From Camelus ferus (Eukaryota): a DNA stretch of 64,000 bases. The stretch lies in assembly GCF_009834535.1 (NCBI RefSeq), contig NC_045696.1:93808001-93872000 (forward strand), given 5' to 3'. The position numbers were made by a program, and so were the translations under genes. The notes beneath the pieces were generated by a model that was not told the DNA's origin, searched no databases, and saw nothing but the letters and a program-made list of their open reading frames with translations. This document shows, in pieces, positions 48,591-61,591 of this stretch (positions are counted from its first letter, which is position 1; each line of letters begins with the position of its first letter).

Positions 48591-49109
48591 GAAAATCTCC
48601 CAAAGGGGAATGGAGTATGTAGAGTTTCCCAAACTCACTTTTCGTGTGTATGTGTGTGTGTGTCTGTGTGTGCAGAATAATTTAACATTTTTATTGCTTA
48701 AACCCTTTTGTATGAGTATACTTTTACTTACAGCCCAAAACATTAGTTGACAATAGTACAAAACAGAAACAAACAAAAAACACTTCCTCTATAAAGCACA
48801 GTTTTGCAAATGTAATCTTAAGTGGTTTCCAAATAGAGGTTACATGACATTTATGTGCAGCTATTTAGTTTATTGGTAAAACTCCAGATGTGAGAAGCCA
48901 TATGATAAACAAAGCTCCAGATTTCTTTTTGCCAAAATTAATTTAAAATGAATATATAACGGAGCTGACTACAAAAATCACGTATCTTTTTAAAAATAAA
49001 GGAGAATTCAAAGAAATTTTATCTTGGGAGTGGAATGGGGGAGGGCTGCCCATTGAGTAATGCATTCACTCAAATTGTTTATATATAACCACCTACATGA
49101 TTGACTCAC

Positions 49110-49830
49110 AGTTGACAGATATTTATTAAATGGTCATTATGGGCCAGGCGAAGGCTCTGCATTGAGGATGCAAAGGTCAAACGAGACAGACATGAACACA
49201 TAGTAACACAAATATTATGACAGAGAAAGTGCAGGGTTTTATGGGAACACAGAGCAGCAGAAATAAACCCACTCTGGAGGGATGGATAAGAACTCCCAGT
49301 GGATGTGACAGTTAATCTAAGATCTAAAGAATGAAAGGACTTTTCCAAGAAAAGCTTTGGGGTAGAATGGGGTTACGGGATAGACAGAATATTCCAGGCA
49401 GAGAAAGCTGCATGTGCCAGGTCCTCGTGGCTAGAAGCAGGGTTCAGTGAGGCATTTATGCTAAGTGCAAGGTGGGACCATGGAAGGGCTGTTTGCAGGG
49501 GACAAAATGAGCCGATTTGTCTTTTAAAAAAACATACCCTGGCTGTGGAATGTAAACTGGATGGAGGGCTGGTGGTATGAATCCAGTTAGGTGTGTCTTC
49601 CAGGTGAGTTCAAGGTGCTGATACAAGGGCAGTGGTAATGTGTGAGGAGAGACCGGGGACTGGCGGGGTGGGCAGCATGGTGAGGAAAAGGACAGTCAAA
49701 GGGGGCTTTCAGGTTTATTGTGGAGCAACTGAGTGGATGGAACAGCCTTTCACTAAGGATGGAAGAGACCCTGGAGAAGACACAGGTTTGGACATGAAGG
49801 TAACCTCTGAGACCTCCAAACAGAGATGTT
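49110..49830 (-). mobile_element. L2 LINE 3' end, antisense
   Basis: agatatttattaaat...gggccaggc...ttccaggcagagaaagctgcatgtgc...ttttaaaaaa..ccctggctgtgg. Confidence 0.65.
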
Positions 49831-50000
49831 CAAGTCACATGACCATGATGACATTCAGAAATCTATGGAAAATGGCACCAGTCAATGTTAAAAAAAAAAA
49901 AGAAAAAGAAAAAAACTGTGTGTCCTAGAACTAGCTTGAGACCTTACAGCACATTTCTTCATTCTATGTTTAAGTGAGGTGGTGGTGAGGGGCTGGAGAG

Positions 50001-50422
50001 TACAGGGGGTTGAACTGTGTCCTCCAGAAAACATGCTGAGGTCCTAACTCCTGGGCCCTATGCATGTGGCCTGATTTGGAAAATAAGATGAGATCATTCT
50101 GGATTACATTGGGCCCTAAATCCAGTAAGTGATGTTCTCATAAGGAGAAGGAGATTTTGAGACACACAGAGACACGGGAGAGAAGGACAGCTGAAGACAG
50201 AGGCAGAGATTGGATTTACGCTGCACCAGCCAAGGAGCCACGGGGCTGCCACGTGTGGAAGAGGCAAGGACAGATTCTCTCCCGGAGCCTTCAGAGGGCT
50301 GTGGCCCCACCAGGTTCTTGACTTTGGACTCCTGCCTCCAGAACTGTGAGAGAATAAATGCTTATTATTTAAAGCCACCCAGTCTGTGGTCCTTCGCTCC
50401 AGCAGCTGTAGAAACTATTAAA
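50001..50422 (+). mobile_element. MLT1B/C-like MaLR solo LTR
   Basis: gggttgaactgtgtcctcc...gggccctaaatcca...gagccttcagagg...ctccagaactgtgagagaataaatg...taaagccacccagtctgtgg. Confidence 0.85.
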
Positions 50423-50851
50423 GGGAGGAAAACTGTTTTCAGCTTCAGAAGAAATTGGGAAGGAAGACCGAAGCCAGAGAGAAGGCACCGAGTGAGAAGG
50501 ACAAGACGGTTAACCACCTTACAAAGTCAGTCTGTGGGGAGTCGGCACCTATTTAGGTCTTCAATTAAGTTTTCACATTTTGAAACTGGGAACAACAGTA
50601 CTTAATCCATAAGGTTGGACACGGGGCGTAGTCTGTGCCCTGTGATGTAAAAGTAATCATAAGTAAGTTATTACTAGGCACAAACCGGGTGTTATAACAA
50701 GTTATTATTGGTTAACCTCTGAGTACAACACAGTAATTGACTCCTTTTCTACTTACAGTATTACTGCTACTCCTGGGTCAGGTCTGATAGATTTGCACAC
50801 CTTCATTCCTCCGAAGGCAAAGCTGGTTGGCAATTGGCCGTCATTCTAGTA

Positions 50852-51038
50852 CAGTGGTTCTGAACTGGGGGACATATGACAGAGTCTGGAGACCTTTTGG
50901 TTGTCACAACTGGGAAGGAGGTGCTATTAGCAAGTAGCAGGTAGAGGCCAGGGCTGCTACTAAAACATGCTACACAGCACGGGGCACCCCCACAACAAGA
51001 AGCCGTGAGGCCTCCGTAGTGCGGAGTTGAAAACTCTG
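50852..51038 (+). mobile_element. MER20 hAT-Charlie MITE with degenerate 8-bp TSD
   Basis: cagtggttct...tctggagaccttttggttgtcacaactggg...gtagaggccagggctgct...gttgaaaactctg; flanks ttctagta / ctctagaa. Confidence 0.85.
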
Positions 51039-53052
51039 CTCTAGAAGCATCCAGATAACCCACAAAGCCTCAAGCATCAAGAATTCACTTTCTCATCCAA
51101 AGTAGTCAAGGTGATCACATGGCCTTCTGATACCTGGTAGAACCATATCAAAACAGTGACTCAAAAGCAGCCGAGAGCTGCTTCGAACTTCTTTTTGATA
51201 TTCTAAACAAGAGTGAAAGTTCCTCACCCAGAATACAGCTCACAGTCACTAGCCACTCTGCCAGTCCCAGCGCAGATACGCGCACACCCTGTACAGCCAA
51301 GGCGGCGGCCACACACCCCGTCTGCCAGCATAAACCATCTCAGCATAAACCATCTGCCAGACTGGATCTGGGGAGGAGGCAGAGAAACAGTCCTCCCCAG
51401 CAGTCTCTCCCAGGAGCCGGGGAGCCTCCCTGAAACTGAAAACCACCGGAGCCCCAGCAGCTCAGCTCCCTGACTGAACCCTGGAATTCTAATTAGGCAG
51501 CAGGAGGTTGGATCGGTCCCACAGAGCTGGCACAGGTAGTTAGCTATCTTCTATGTGCACCTCGCAGCCAAGCCTACACTCTTGCCTTGCTCAGAGCCGC
51601 TGCAGCTCCCTCTGGCTGCCCCTGGCATGCGAAGCATTTGCAGTTGCCTCCTTGAAGCTACAATGTAAATACGGCTACGCATACTGTACATTTTTACCCA
51701 AGCCTGTTTATCAAGCCTCTTGCTCTGCTTGTCACCCTGACCACATATTCACGTCATCAACAGCTTGAACTTCCAATGCTATTCTGAGAGTCAAGAGCAC
51801 CTTAGAAATATGATGAGCTAACTAAGAAGGGCAAGAAAACCCTAGTTTTGGTAAAAGCAAAGTCAGGTACTCTGGGTTGCCCTCCTCACTGAAGCTGTAT
51901 CTCTTTCTTTTATTAACAATACAAATTCAAACATACCTAAGGAAATAAATGTGGGGTAACCAGGAGTGCAACATTAAATACAAGACAAAATGTCCTGTAC
52001 AGGGCAAAGTACAATGCTAAGCAGAGTAGCATATACCTTAATTGCAACTTTCAGAAGTCTACGTTTATTGTGTTTTATGCAAGGTCAAGAATAAAAGGCG
52101 TACCATACTGCTTTAAATACCCTTAATGTTTTCATCACCACAATCAAAGCTACATTTATATTTAAAACTGGCTTGGTACTATCAATATCTATTTTATCAA
52201 AAAAATCAAAAGTTTAATTAAAGCTTTTTGTCCACTGAGACAGAATGACTATTTCAACAGCTGGAAGATGTTAAAAGTCAAGAGTTCTGGCATTCGAAGA
52301 GTCATATATAATAACTCTCCCCGAAAAACAAAACATTGTGAAGAAAGCCAAAGAAACATACTATCTCATAGGAAACCAACAAAACATAAAAATACAAAAA
52401 TCCTAATTCCCCTCCAATCTTTATTTATAAAATGTACGTAGTTGCTTGAACTATTTAAACTACCCCAGGTAAGCGAAATTATTTCTTCTTGAAGTTACGG
52501 GAACACTATTTTCCTAAGTGTGAAGAATAACCACCAGCATCTTTACGAACTCATCCCCATCACAGTACAGTTTTTCAGGGCAGACCGTACAACGTTCTCA
52601 TTTCACCTCGACAGCAAGCAGCTGAAATCATTCATAATACAGTCTGATAAAAGGAGCAGAAGGAAAAGCTCACCGTCTGTTTCAATTCAGTTTGATTTCC
52701 AAGCTAAAATACCAGCAACCCAGAAGTAGAAATTAAATATTTCACAATAAAATTGGGTATTTATCTTACAGAGATTTGATAGAAGTCCGTTTCCATGATT
52801 CTCTGTACCTTGTCTAAACTGTACCCCATGAACTAACTACCCCCGCTCCTGTTATATGCTGGCAATTCGGCCCACTCTCATTGCTTTGATGTGACAATAA
52901 CACACCCCAGATTTATATTTTCACTCAAAGTTCATATTCTAGGAAAGATGGACTATTTATGGAGGAACAGCAGGGAAGTATTTTATAATCCTGCGTATAC
53001 TGAGTACAGTTAATAGAGAATGTTCCCTAGAGAAAGGCAGAGCTAAGGGGAG

Positions 53053-53091
53053 TGTGTGTGTATGTGCGTGTGTGTGCGTGTGTGTGTGTGT
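53053..53091. repeat. Imperfect (TG)n microsatellite
   Basis: Direct read. Confidence 0.9.
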
Positions 53092-53761
53092 TCTGAGTGG
53101 GGACAGTCAGAACAAGTGCCATAAGAAAAGACTAGAACAGCCTTCCTCCTGGATGTTTCCCTACAGCCGGACATGACTACACAACCCAAAGTCTAAAGGA
53201 ATAAACACTCTGCCAACCATGTGACTGATTTTACTCGCTGCGGAAGGGAGTACTGGCGTGTTGCTAACATCCTCCCGGTCACGGGGAGACTCCTTTGGAC
53301 TCTTTTGGACCTTTAAGAGCAGTGGACTTTAAACGAAGCTACAAGAAGCACGAGAGCTGCGCACCAGCTTGTTCTTGACTGGAGCCACTTCCATCTGTTT
53401 CACACAAAGGTTCTGCAGCAGAAGAAGTTAGAAAACTGTTGACTGGGAGTAAAAAGACGCTTGGCTCCCCAGGGATGCCATGAGAATCCAACTACATAAA
53501 CAGGTAAAATGCTTAGAAGAGAGGCCTGCCCGCGGTGCAGGCTCAGCACAGGCTGGCTGGAGCGATGATGCCGGTGATGACCGGCGTCCTCGCGGCAGAG
53601 GAAATTGCAGAAAAATGAAGCACAGATACCACTATGATTCCATGTGCAGAAACCATACACCCAACCTCCAGAGCTCTTAAAGGATCGTCACCTCCAACAG
53701 GCATTAGAATCACAGAGCTTTAAACCTGGGTGGACAGCGGCAACACCACAAAAAGGCTTAC

Positions 53762-53916
53762 CTCTTCTTCTTGGTGATGATGAGCACGTCGTTAAAGAGA
53801 AAGAAGTAGACCTGCTGTTTGGACGTCCTCTTTGAGAAAAGCACAGTGTCCTCTACGTAGGCTGTCAACTCACCCCTCTTTACCAGCCACCGGGAAGAGG
53901 AGACTAGAGGAAAAGG
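53762..53916 (-). CDS. ARHGEF26: ARHGEF26 coding exon (5th from 3' end); PH domain start
   Basis: Minus strand tttgtag|CCT...AAG AG|gtaagc; 155 nt, PFPLVSSSRWLVKRGELTAYVEDTVLFSKRTSKQQVYFFLFNDVLIITKKK(S). Confidence 0.96.
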
Positions 53917-55869
53917 CTACAAAAAGAGAACCACTCAGTACCCAAAGCCCTTTTAGGATTATTCGAAGTAAAACATAAAACACACATTCATACAAATGAT
54001 TCACATCATGGTGTGCGTCGCTGTTTCACGCAATAGTGTGTGTGATAGTGAGATTTAATCTAAAAAGGATGGTACCTTCTCCAAGAGAAAAATAAGCAAG
54101 AACTATTTGTTTTCCAATACAAAGTAACTATTAATATCAACCTGCCTACACGACAACTAAATTTCAATGAGCAACTATTGCTGGGTCAGCCAAAAATTAT
54201 TTCCCTTCCATCGACCCTCAGCTGAAAAAGACTGATAAGGAGTCACTTAAAACTGAAAAGCCTCAACATGAAATCTGTTGGTAGCAACTGCAGTTATTTT
54301 AAATATCACAAATCAGAATCTAAGCATACAGGAAAACACACGTAACTGTAGTTAACAAGAGAAAAAAACAGTCTGCCTCGGCATCATGAACTAAAAAGAC
54401 TTTATTCAAAAGGAAAAAAAAACCCCTGGAAAAGTACATTTTGTCCGTTGATTAGCTGCTTAACCGTATTCTGGAGAACACCTGTTCTTAAGCTTATGCG
54501 GTTGTTTCCCCCACGGAAGTCCATCCCTGAAAGCACCGTGCCACTTCCCGGCCGTGACAATGAAGTTCTTCCAGAATAACCCATCCGAATCTTATAGAAA
54601 AGACTGTATTCAAGGAATTACATACTCTCTTTTCTTTCTACAAAGTCAACTGTTTCCAACTGGAAAACTCTCAAAACCTCAGAATAATCCTTACCCTTGA
54701 GAGCTCTTTTTTTTTTTTTCCAGTTACCAAAAATGCTTACTGCCAAAAATCTGACTTAAAAATGACATCCATAAAATGAGCAAAAGTTCTTGGACACACA
54801 AAAGATAACTGTAGTAAATGTGGTGGAACCAAATGCCATCCATTTCAGGGAGGAATGATTAAAAATAGCCAAAGGAAATTGAGGATATTACAGAGGAAAT
54901 AAGAAGGCTAGGAAAGGATTTCATTTTTTTTTTTTAATTTACAAAGGACGTTTATAAGAAGGTTGCTCATCCATTCATACACTGTTTTTCTGAAGATTAA
55001 CAAGGAAGATGTAAGATTATGGCTGACCTCAAAATTTCAGAACTGGCTATTAAAGGCGTTCATGTAGTTTGCAGCCCACAAATCTCAAATCAGACAATGG
55101 CAGAGACTTAAAAGGCGACAGACAGAGAGGTTGCTCAGATCACTCAGAAGGACTACAGCAGCATACACAAGAGTTCACCACAAAGAATCCGAGTCAGGCC
55201 AGGTCCTGCAGAAGGGCTGCAGTGACTGGGAACACAGTGCTGTCTCGCTACTGCATGTACCCCTGCAGGATGGACCAACGACAGTATTATGTACCTTCCA
55301 CCCTATGACTGCTCTTAGTTTAGGGGCTAGGGGAAGAAAGTTTTCTAAACTCTTGTTGTTTCTAAAATAGATTGATTTTTATGGGTGTCTCCTACTCCAC
55401 TAGGCGAAAATAAATGTCTAATGAATATCTACAATTGACAGTGGCTTTCAATATGTCTATGCTTCTTTTGAAAACAAAAATCTGATATTCAAATGTTTTT
55501 TGTTTCAGAGTTTATGGTTGAAAGATTAAACACATTCAGATTTTTTTTTTAGAAGAAACTATAAAAATGACCAAAATAGAAAAAAATCACAACAGCTCCA
55601 AATGTTCCTAAGTGAATTCCCATAATTCAGAAGCTCTCAGACTAGAATCCAGGTGTAAATCAAAAACCAATAAAGAAATGCATGAACAAAAATACATCCT
55701 TAAAGGAACTGATATAATCTCCTATGGAGAAAAGACTTTTCCATTCTTTTTGGTGTTACTTAGCATCCTGGAAAAAAAGGCCTCAGCATAAAATGTAACT
55801 AATTTTATGGGCCAGTGAGACTAGGAAGAGGTGCTGGAAAGCAAGTTTCTTCTCAACTGAGATAAGATT

Positions 55870-56440
55870 AATCATTAAGCCATTTTAAAGTATGCATACA
55901 ATTCAGCAGCTTTTAGGGCATTCACAGTGTTGTGCAATGATCTTCACTTCCTAATTCCAGCACATTTTCTTTATCTTAATAAGAAAGCTCATGTTAAGTA
56001 TTAAGCAGTCACGGTCCACTCTGCCTTCCCCCAAGGCCTAGGCAACCACTATTCTATTCCCTAACTCAATGGATTTGCCTGTTCTGGACAGTTCTTGTAA
56101 GTGGAATTCTACAACATGTGACCTTCTGAGTCTGATGTCCTTCACTCTGCATAACATTTTCAAGGTTCCTCCATGTAGCATGTATCAGAACCGTATTTCT
56201 TTTTATGGCTGCGTACTATTCTATCACATGGCTAGACCACATTTTATCACTTTACCAATTTTCTTGATGGACATTTGGGTTGTTTCCACTTTTTTGTCCA
56301 TTATGAATAATGCTGCCATGAACATTCATGCACACGTTTTTATTTGAACAACAGTTTTCAGTAGTCTCAGAAGTGGAATTGCTGGGTGTTACATTAATTC
56401 TATGTTTAACTTTTTGAGGAACCACCAAACTGTCCTCTAT
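55870..56440 (-). mobile_element. L1MB-like 3' end, antisense
   Basis: ttcacagtgttgtgcaa...ctaggcaaccactattct...atggatttgcctgttctggaca...tttttgaggaaccaccaaactgt. Confidence 0.85.
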
Positions 56441-56950
56441 GCTACAAAGACTTTTTAACACCTTAAAGTTCTTCATTTTGTCTGTTATACCTTAGACTTC
56501 TACTTGCTAGTAAGGCCCCCAGACACCAATCAGCAAACCCATCCACCAGCCAACACACCACCCCACTCAATCACACTTCATTTACCACTCGTAGAGTAGC
56601 CCCCAAATCCTCTACTCCTCTGTGTGCTAATTTACAAGGGCAAACTCTCCATTGCAAGACAAAAACTAATTCTTCCCTAATCTGTGAGGTAACTTTTAGG
56701 GAGAACTGTAGCCTAGTGAGAAACAAAACAAAACAGAACAAAACACCCTTGGATTTGAGGCACAAACTAACCCCCCGTCTCTGATCTTAGTTCAGTGACC
56801 AACTTTTTCTGTACAACCCTCACTTCCTTTCTCCCCACCAGGCTTCTTGAATGGAAAGTGAAATCTGTTTAAACTATTTCACCCCCTCATTCGTTCTTCA
56901 ACTCACTGCACCACGCCCACCATGCCTATGAAACTATTCCGATGAAATCA

Positions 56951-57570
56951 CCTTTGCTGTGCAAAAGCTTGTAAGTTTAATTAAGTCCCATTTGTTTATT
57001 TTTGCTTTTATTTCTACTGCCTGGGTAGACTGCCCTAGAAGAACATTGCTAAGACTTATATCAGATGATGTTGTGTACTTATACAATGGAATACTACTCA
57101 GCTGTAAAAAGAAAAAGAATAGAATAATGCCATTTGCAGCAACATGGATGGACCTAGAGATTGTCATTCTATGTGAAGTAAGCCAGAAAGAGAAAGAAAA
57201 ATACCATATGATACCACTCATGTGGAATTTTAAAAAAAAGGAGACATAAATGAACTTATTTACAAAACAGAAACAGATTCACAGACATAGAGAACAAATT
57301 TATGGTTACCAGTGGAGGAGGAGGGTGGGAAGGGATAAATGGGGAGTTTGAGATTTGCAAATACTAACTACTATATATAAAATAGATAAAAAGTAAATTT
57401 CTTCTGTACAGCACAGGGAACTATATTCAATATCTTGTAGTAACCTATAATGAAAAAGAATATGAAAAGGAATATATGTAAGTATATGCATGTCTGAACT
57501 ATTACGCTGTACACCAGAAATTGACACAACATTGTAAACTGACTATATTTCAATTAAAAAAAATAAAAAA
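56951..57570 (+). mobile_element. LINE-1 with 5' inversion (twin-priming structure)
   Basis: 56951-57072 is antisense ORF2 (…[19 protein letters not shown] on the minus strand); 57067-57570 is the sense ORF2 end ([29 protein letters not shown]), 3'UTR and A tail. Confidence 0.88.
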
Positions 57571-57589
57571 TTAAGCACCTGCATGGCAT

Positions 57590-57830
57590 TAACCATTTGT
57601 TTATTATGAATCAGGTATGGCCTATTCCAAGCCCTTTATGTCTATTAATTAATTTAAACTTTACAATAACTCCATGAGGTAAAGTATCATTATCTGCCCC
57701 ATTTTACAGTTCAGAAAACTGAGAAATGAAAGTTAGGTAATGCCCAAGGTCATACAGCTAGTAAGTGGTGGAGCTACAACTGGAACTCAGGCAGGCTGCT
57801 TCCATAGTCCATGCGTTTAACTTACACTGG
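57590..57830 (-). mobile_element. MIR SINE, antisense
   Basis: cccattttacagttcagaaaactgag...tgcccaaggtcatacagctagtaagtggtggagct. Confidence 0.8.
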
Positions 57831-57996
57831 CCCCTGTGCCAATCCAGTGGACTCTTTGCAGCCCTCACATTAACCATGTGTCGCACATGACATTCTCCCA
57901 GAAACTTACAAACTTAAAAATGAGAAATACATGTAAATGTGTTTATGCATACATACATATATGTATTTTTATATATGTATATATCTCTAATATGTA

Positions 57997-58024
57997 TACA
58001 CACACACACACACACACACACACA
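57997..58024. repeat. (CA)n microsatellite after a TA-rich tract
   Basis: Direct read. Confidence 0.9.
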
Positions 58025-59913
58025 AGCTTTTACTCCCTTCAAGTGAGATAAAGACCAGCATTTTTGTACCATCATGGTGAGGAATGTGGACCCTGCATCA
58101 GTCACAGGTCTCAGTCCAGGCTTCAATCCTTCTTGGTGTATGATTTTGAGTAAATAATTTAATATTTCTAGCACTGTATTCCTCAACTATAAAATGGGGA
58201 AACTATAATCTCTAAACTAGAAAACAATAAGATATTTCATGGGGTTCTTGTGAGAATTAAATGAAGTTATGTGAAAACAGCACATAGTAAATACTCGATA
58301 AATATTTTCATGGTATGTATGTGCTTGGACAAATCACTTCTTTGAACATCTATTTTCTCATTTTTAAAATGAACTGAATTAAAAATGTCCATTGTTATCC
58401 ATAAAGTATTGTAGAAATAAGTCCTAAGATTTTAGTAATATTTCTAAGTGGTCTGAATTTAGTCCTTCATTATAAATCTAAACTTAGAATATTTTCCTTT
58501 AAGCTTTCACTTCTAATCACTGAACCAAGAGAAAACAAACAACCCAAAACTCATGAACTCAACTGATGTTAATCACTTATTTTTAAGAACCCTTAGGGTA
58601 AGCATTTTTCAACTACAAATTAATTTTGGTTCTAGAGAAATAGAGCTTTAAAAGGCTTCTTAAACCAAATGATCATCAGTGAAGAAGGAAAAAGAAAAAT
58701 GGTTGGGGAAGGGATTTATCAACTTTGAAAAGGGAAATGGTTAGAGATTTATCATGTTTTAAAAGGAGGGGATAAAAAACTTCTGATGTGCAGATACACT
58801 TTCTAAAATAAAAGAGAAAGATAAGATACTTTCTGAAGGATGGGAAAAATGTGTTTTGAAACTGCTGTAAATTCTATACGAGGGCATTAGAACTTTTTAA
58901 CTGTGTGTGTGTGTGTGTGTACGCTGATTTTAGCAAGTGCCCATTGTCTTCTGTTCTAAGAGTTATGGATTAGTTTCTGTAAACTGTTACAGTCAGGGGT
59001 TAGAATGGAAGCGTTTATGCTGATCAGCAAGTGAAGACATCTGGACCCTAGTCCTGATTCTGCCACCAATAGCCAAACTACCGTTAACAAGTAGTTATTC
59101 TCTGGGCTGCATTTTCCTCATTACAAAAAATAAAAGGGAATCGCTGTATTGCATCAGTGGTCCTTGAACTCTATGATGTGGTAGAGAGTTACATGCATAA
59201 CACCATGAGCACTCTAATTCCACTGCACACATCAGACACACTTTTACCATGAAAAAAATATCAGTCAGTTTAAGGTGCTTAAAGACGAAACAGAATCGCA
59301 CCCGTGAGCACTCACGGCCATTAAGAACTCAGCTGACCAAGACCTAGCCTCGCCATCAATTGTCACTGTCTTCTTTGTCCACCCTGTCATCTGCCCCTGC
59401 ACAAGGCCAGATAGGCAGTAACAGGCAGCACGGACACAGAAAAGACCTGTGGGAGAAGCGCAAACCTGAAAAGAACGATCCACTAGTAATCTTTTTTGCA
59501 AACTGGGAAAGCAGTGTCCTTATTGGATTTAGGAGAACACCCTGGCCCAGCTCGTGGGATACCACTGTTTCACAAGACACTTTGAGAATACTGAAGGAAT
59601 TTCCTTTCCATTCTAAAATTCTATTATTCTTAACTGCCCTTTTCTCAAATTTGTTGTCTTCCTAGGGGGAAAAAAAAGTGCCCCTTACTCTGCAGCCTAG
59701 AGAAAGGGCACTTTATCGGGTATCAGCAGGGGCAGAACTGCCCAGAGGGAAGCATCTGCTGCTCCCTCTGCCAGCCTCTCTGTAATCAATTTATGGCCCT
59801 TCTTTGAAAAGCAAATTCCTCTCTGCGCTGTTGCCCTCAACTATCTCTCTATTCATGTAAGATTTAAGCAAGAGCGGTAATAAATCTGTTTATGGGGCAG
59901 TATGAGAGAATAC

Positions 59914-60003
59914 CTTAATTTTGAATTCCAGCTGGGAGTTAATCGTGTACATCATTTCAGTCCTTTCCATCTTCCGGGCTCCTTCATTGCAGAGTCGAAC
60001 CAA
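59914..60003 (-). CDS. ARHGEF26: ARHGEF26 coding exon (6th from 3' end); end of DH domain
   Basis: Minus strand ttgcag|TTG...AAG|gtattc; 90 nt, LVRLCNEGARKMERTEMMYTINSQLEFKIK. Confidence 0.96.
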
Positions 60004-60613
60004 CTGCAAGCACAGAATAATAAGGAGGGTTAAGGGGTGAAGGAGAGAAACCTCACTTTCAAATGCAGATCTCTCGCGGGAAGTAATTAGCCCTTTGGAA
60101 GCGCCAGAGACGCATTCCAGACAGTTAGAGAACGCACAGTTGCATACAGTTGAGACACTGTACCCAGTTACAAGTGCTGTCATCAGGATGTAAAGACAGA
60201 GGGAAAGAAATGTCTTGAGAATTTTCAGGGACACGCATCCTCTGCACATTATCACACACGCCCTCCACAGACACTAGGCAGGCTCCTCACATGTCCGGGT
60301 CTGCGTCCATTCTGTTCCTTTCCTCCTCGCCTCCACCCACAGCAACCTCACCACCCTCAGGGCGAGCTGCAAGTCTCTCCCCACTTCAGACTGGAGCAGC
60401 TGAAGGCAGACTACCAACTTCAAAGGCAAACTCTTAGCAGAAGGCTACGTGCAAAGGGTAAGACCAGTAACGGGGATCCCGGGAAGAGGGAAGACTTCTG
60501 GTGGAACTTGACGGTCAGTTCTTCAAGGATGGCCAAGCTGAGGGAAATTCAGTTCAATGAGAACTACTGAATTATCTGCAAACAGAATGCATCACAGTCC
60601 TTTGATGAGTACC

Positions 60614-61591
60614 TGTGGTATCATGGTTTATAATAAACAAAATATGTATTTTGTCTTTGTCCATGGTTTCTGGCACATAGCCCCTAAAAACCCTTGCAAT
60701 TTCCTATACGAGAGCCATCAGGGCACCTTTGGCTATAATTGATTTTGTTACCAGTTCCTAAAATAGCTCCAGGGCATTAAAGTGAAATGGGTATCTTTTG
60801 TTATTCATAACAAGCCCCTTTCAACCACATCTGAGTTTATGTTAATGAGATGACTTTTGAAAAGCCGCAAAGGATGGGGCTGGTTGCTAGGGGAATCAAC
60901 CAAGTGATGAGAGAGAAGGCTGGAACTTAAAGCAGTACCGCCAGACCTCCAGGGAGGGGAGAGGGGCTGGTGATCGACTTGATCACTACTGGCTAGTGAT
61001 TTAATAAATCATGCCTACGTAATAAAGCCTCCATAAATATTTTTGACCTTTGGATTTGGAGAGCTTCCGGGTTGATGAACAAGAGCACATGCTCGTGCTG
61101 GAGGGGCGCATCTCCAACTCCATGTGGACAAACCCTCTGTGTGCTCAGAACCCTTCTGGACCTCACCCTGTCTCTTCATCTGGCTATTCATTCGTATCCT
61201 TTAATACCCTTAACTGCTAATCTAGTAAGTAAACTGTTTCCCAGAGTTCTGTGAGCCCCTCTAGCAAATTAATCAAACCCAAGGAGGGAGTCAAGAGAGA
61301 CTCTGGTTGGGTCAGAAGCTCAGGTAAAAACCTGGACTTGTGATTAGTAACGGAAGTGAAGTTGAGGGACGTAGTCTTGTGGGACTGAGCCCTTAGCCTG
61401 TGGGATCTGATGCTACGTCCAGATGGAAAGAGAACTGACCTGAATACACCAAGACACCCAGCTGGTACCGCAGAAATGCTTGGTGTGCGGGAAGCCCCCG
61501 CACATCTGGTGACCAGAAGTGTCAGAAGTGAAGTGTTCTGTGGGGAGAGTGCTGAGAGCAGAGGAGACACATGGAGTTTCTCCTTTACACT
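60614..61591 (+). mobile_element. MER21-like ERV solo LTR, near full length, with 5-bp TSD
   Basis: tgtggtatcatgg..tataataa...tttctggcacatagcccctaaaaaccctt...acaagcccctttcaaccacatctgagtttatg...gtcagaagtgaagtg; GTACC at 60609-60613 and 61592-61596. Confidence 0.85.

Noticed and set aside
59722..59736. CTCF-like tcagcaggggcag
   Set aside because: One base short of core spacing and lacks the leading CC.
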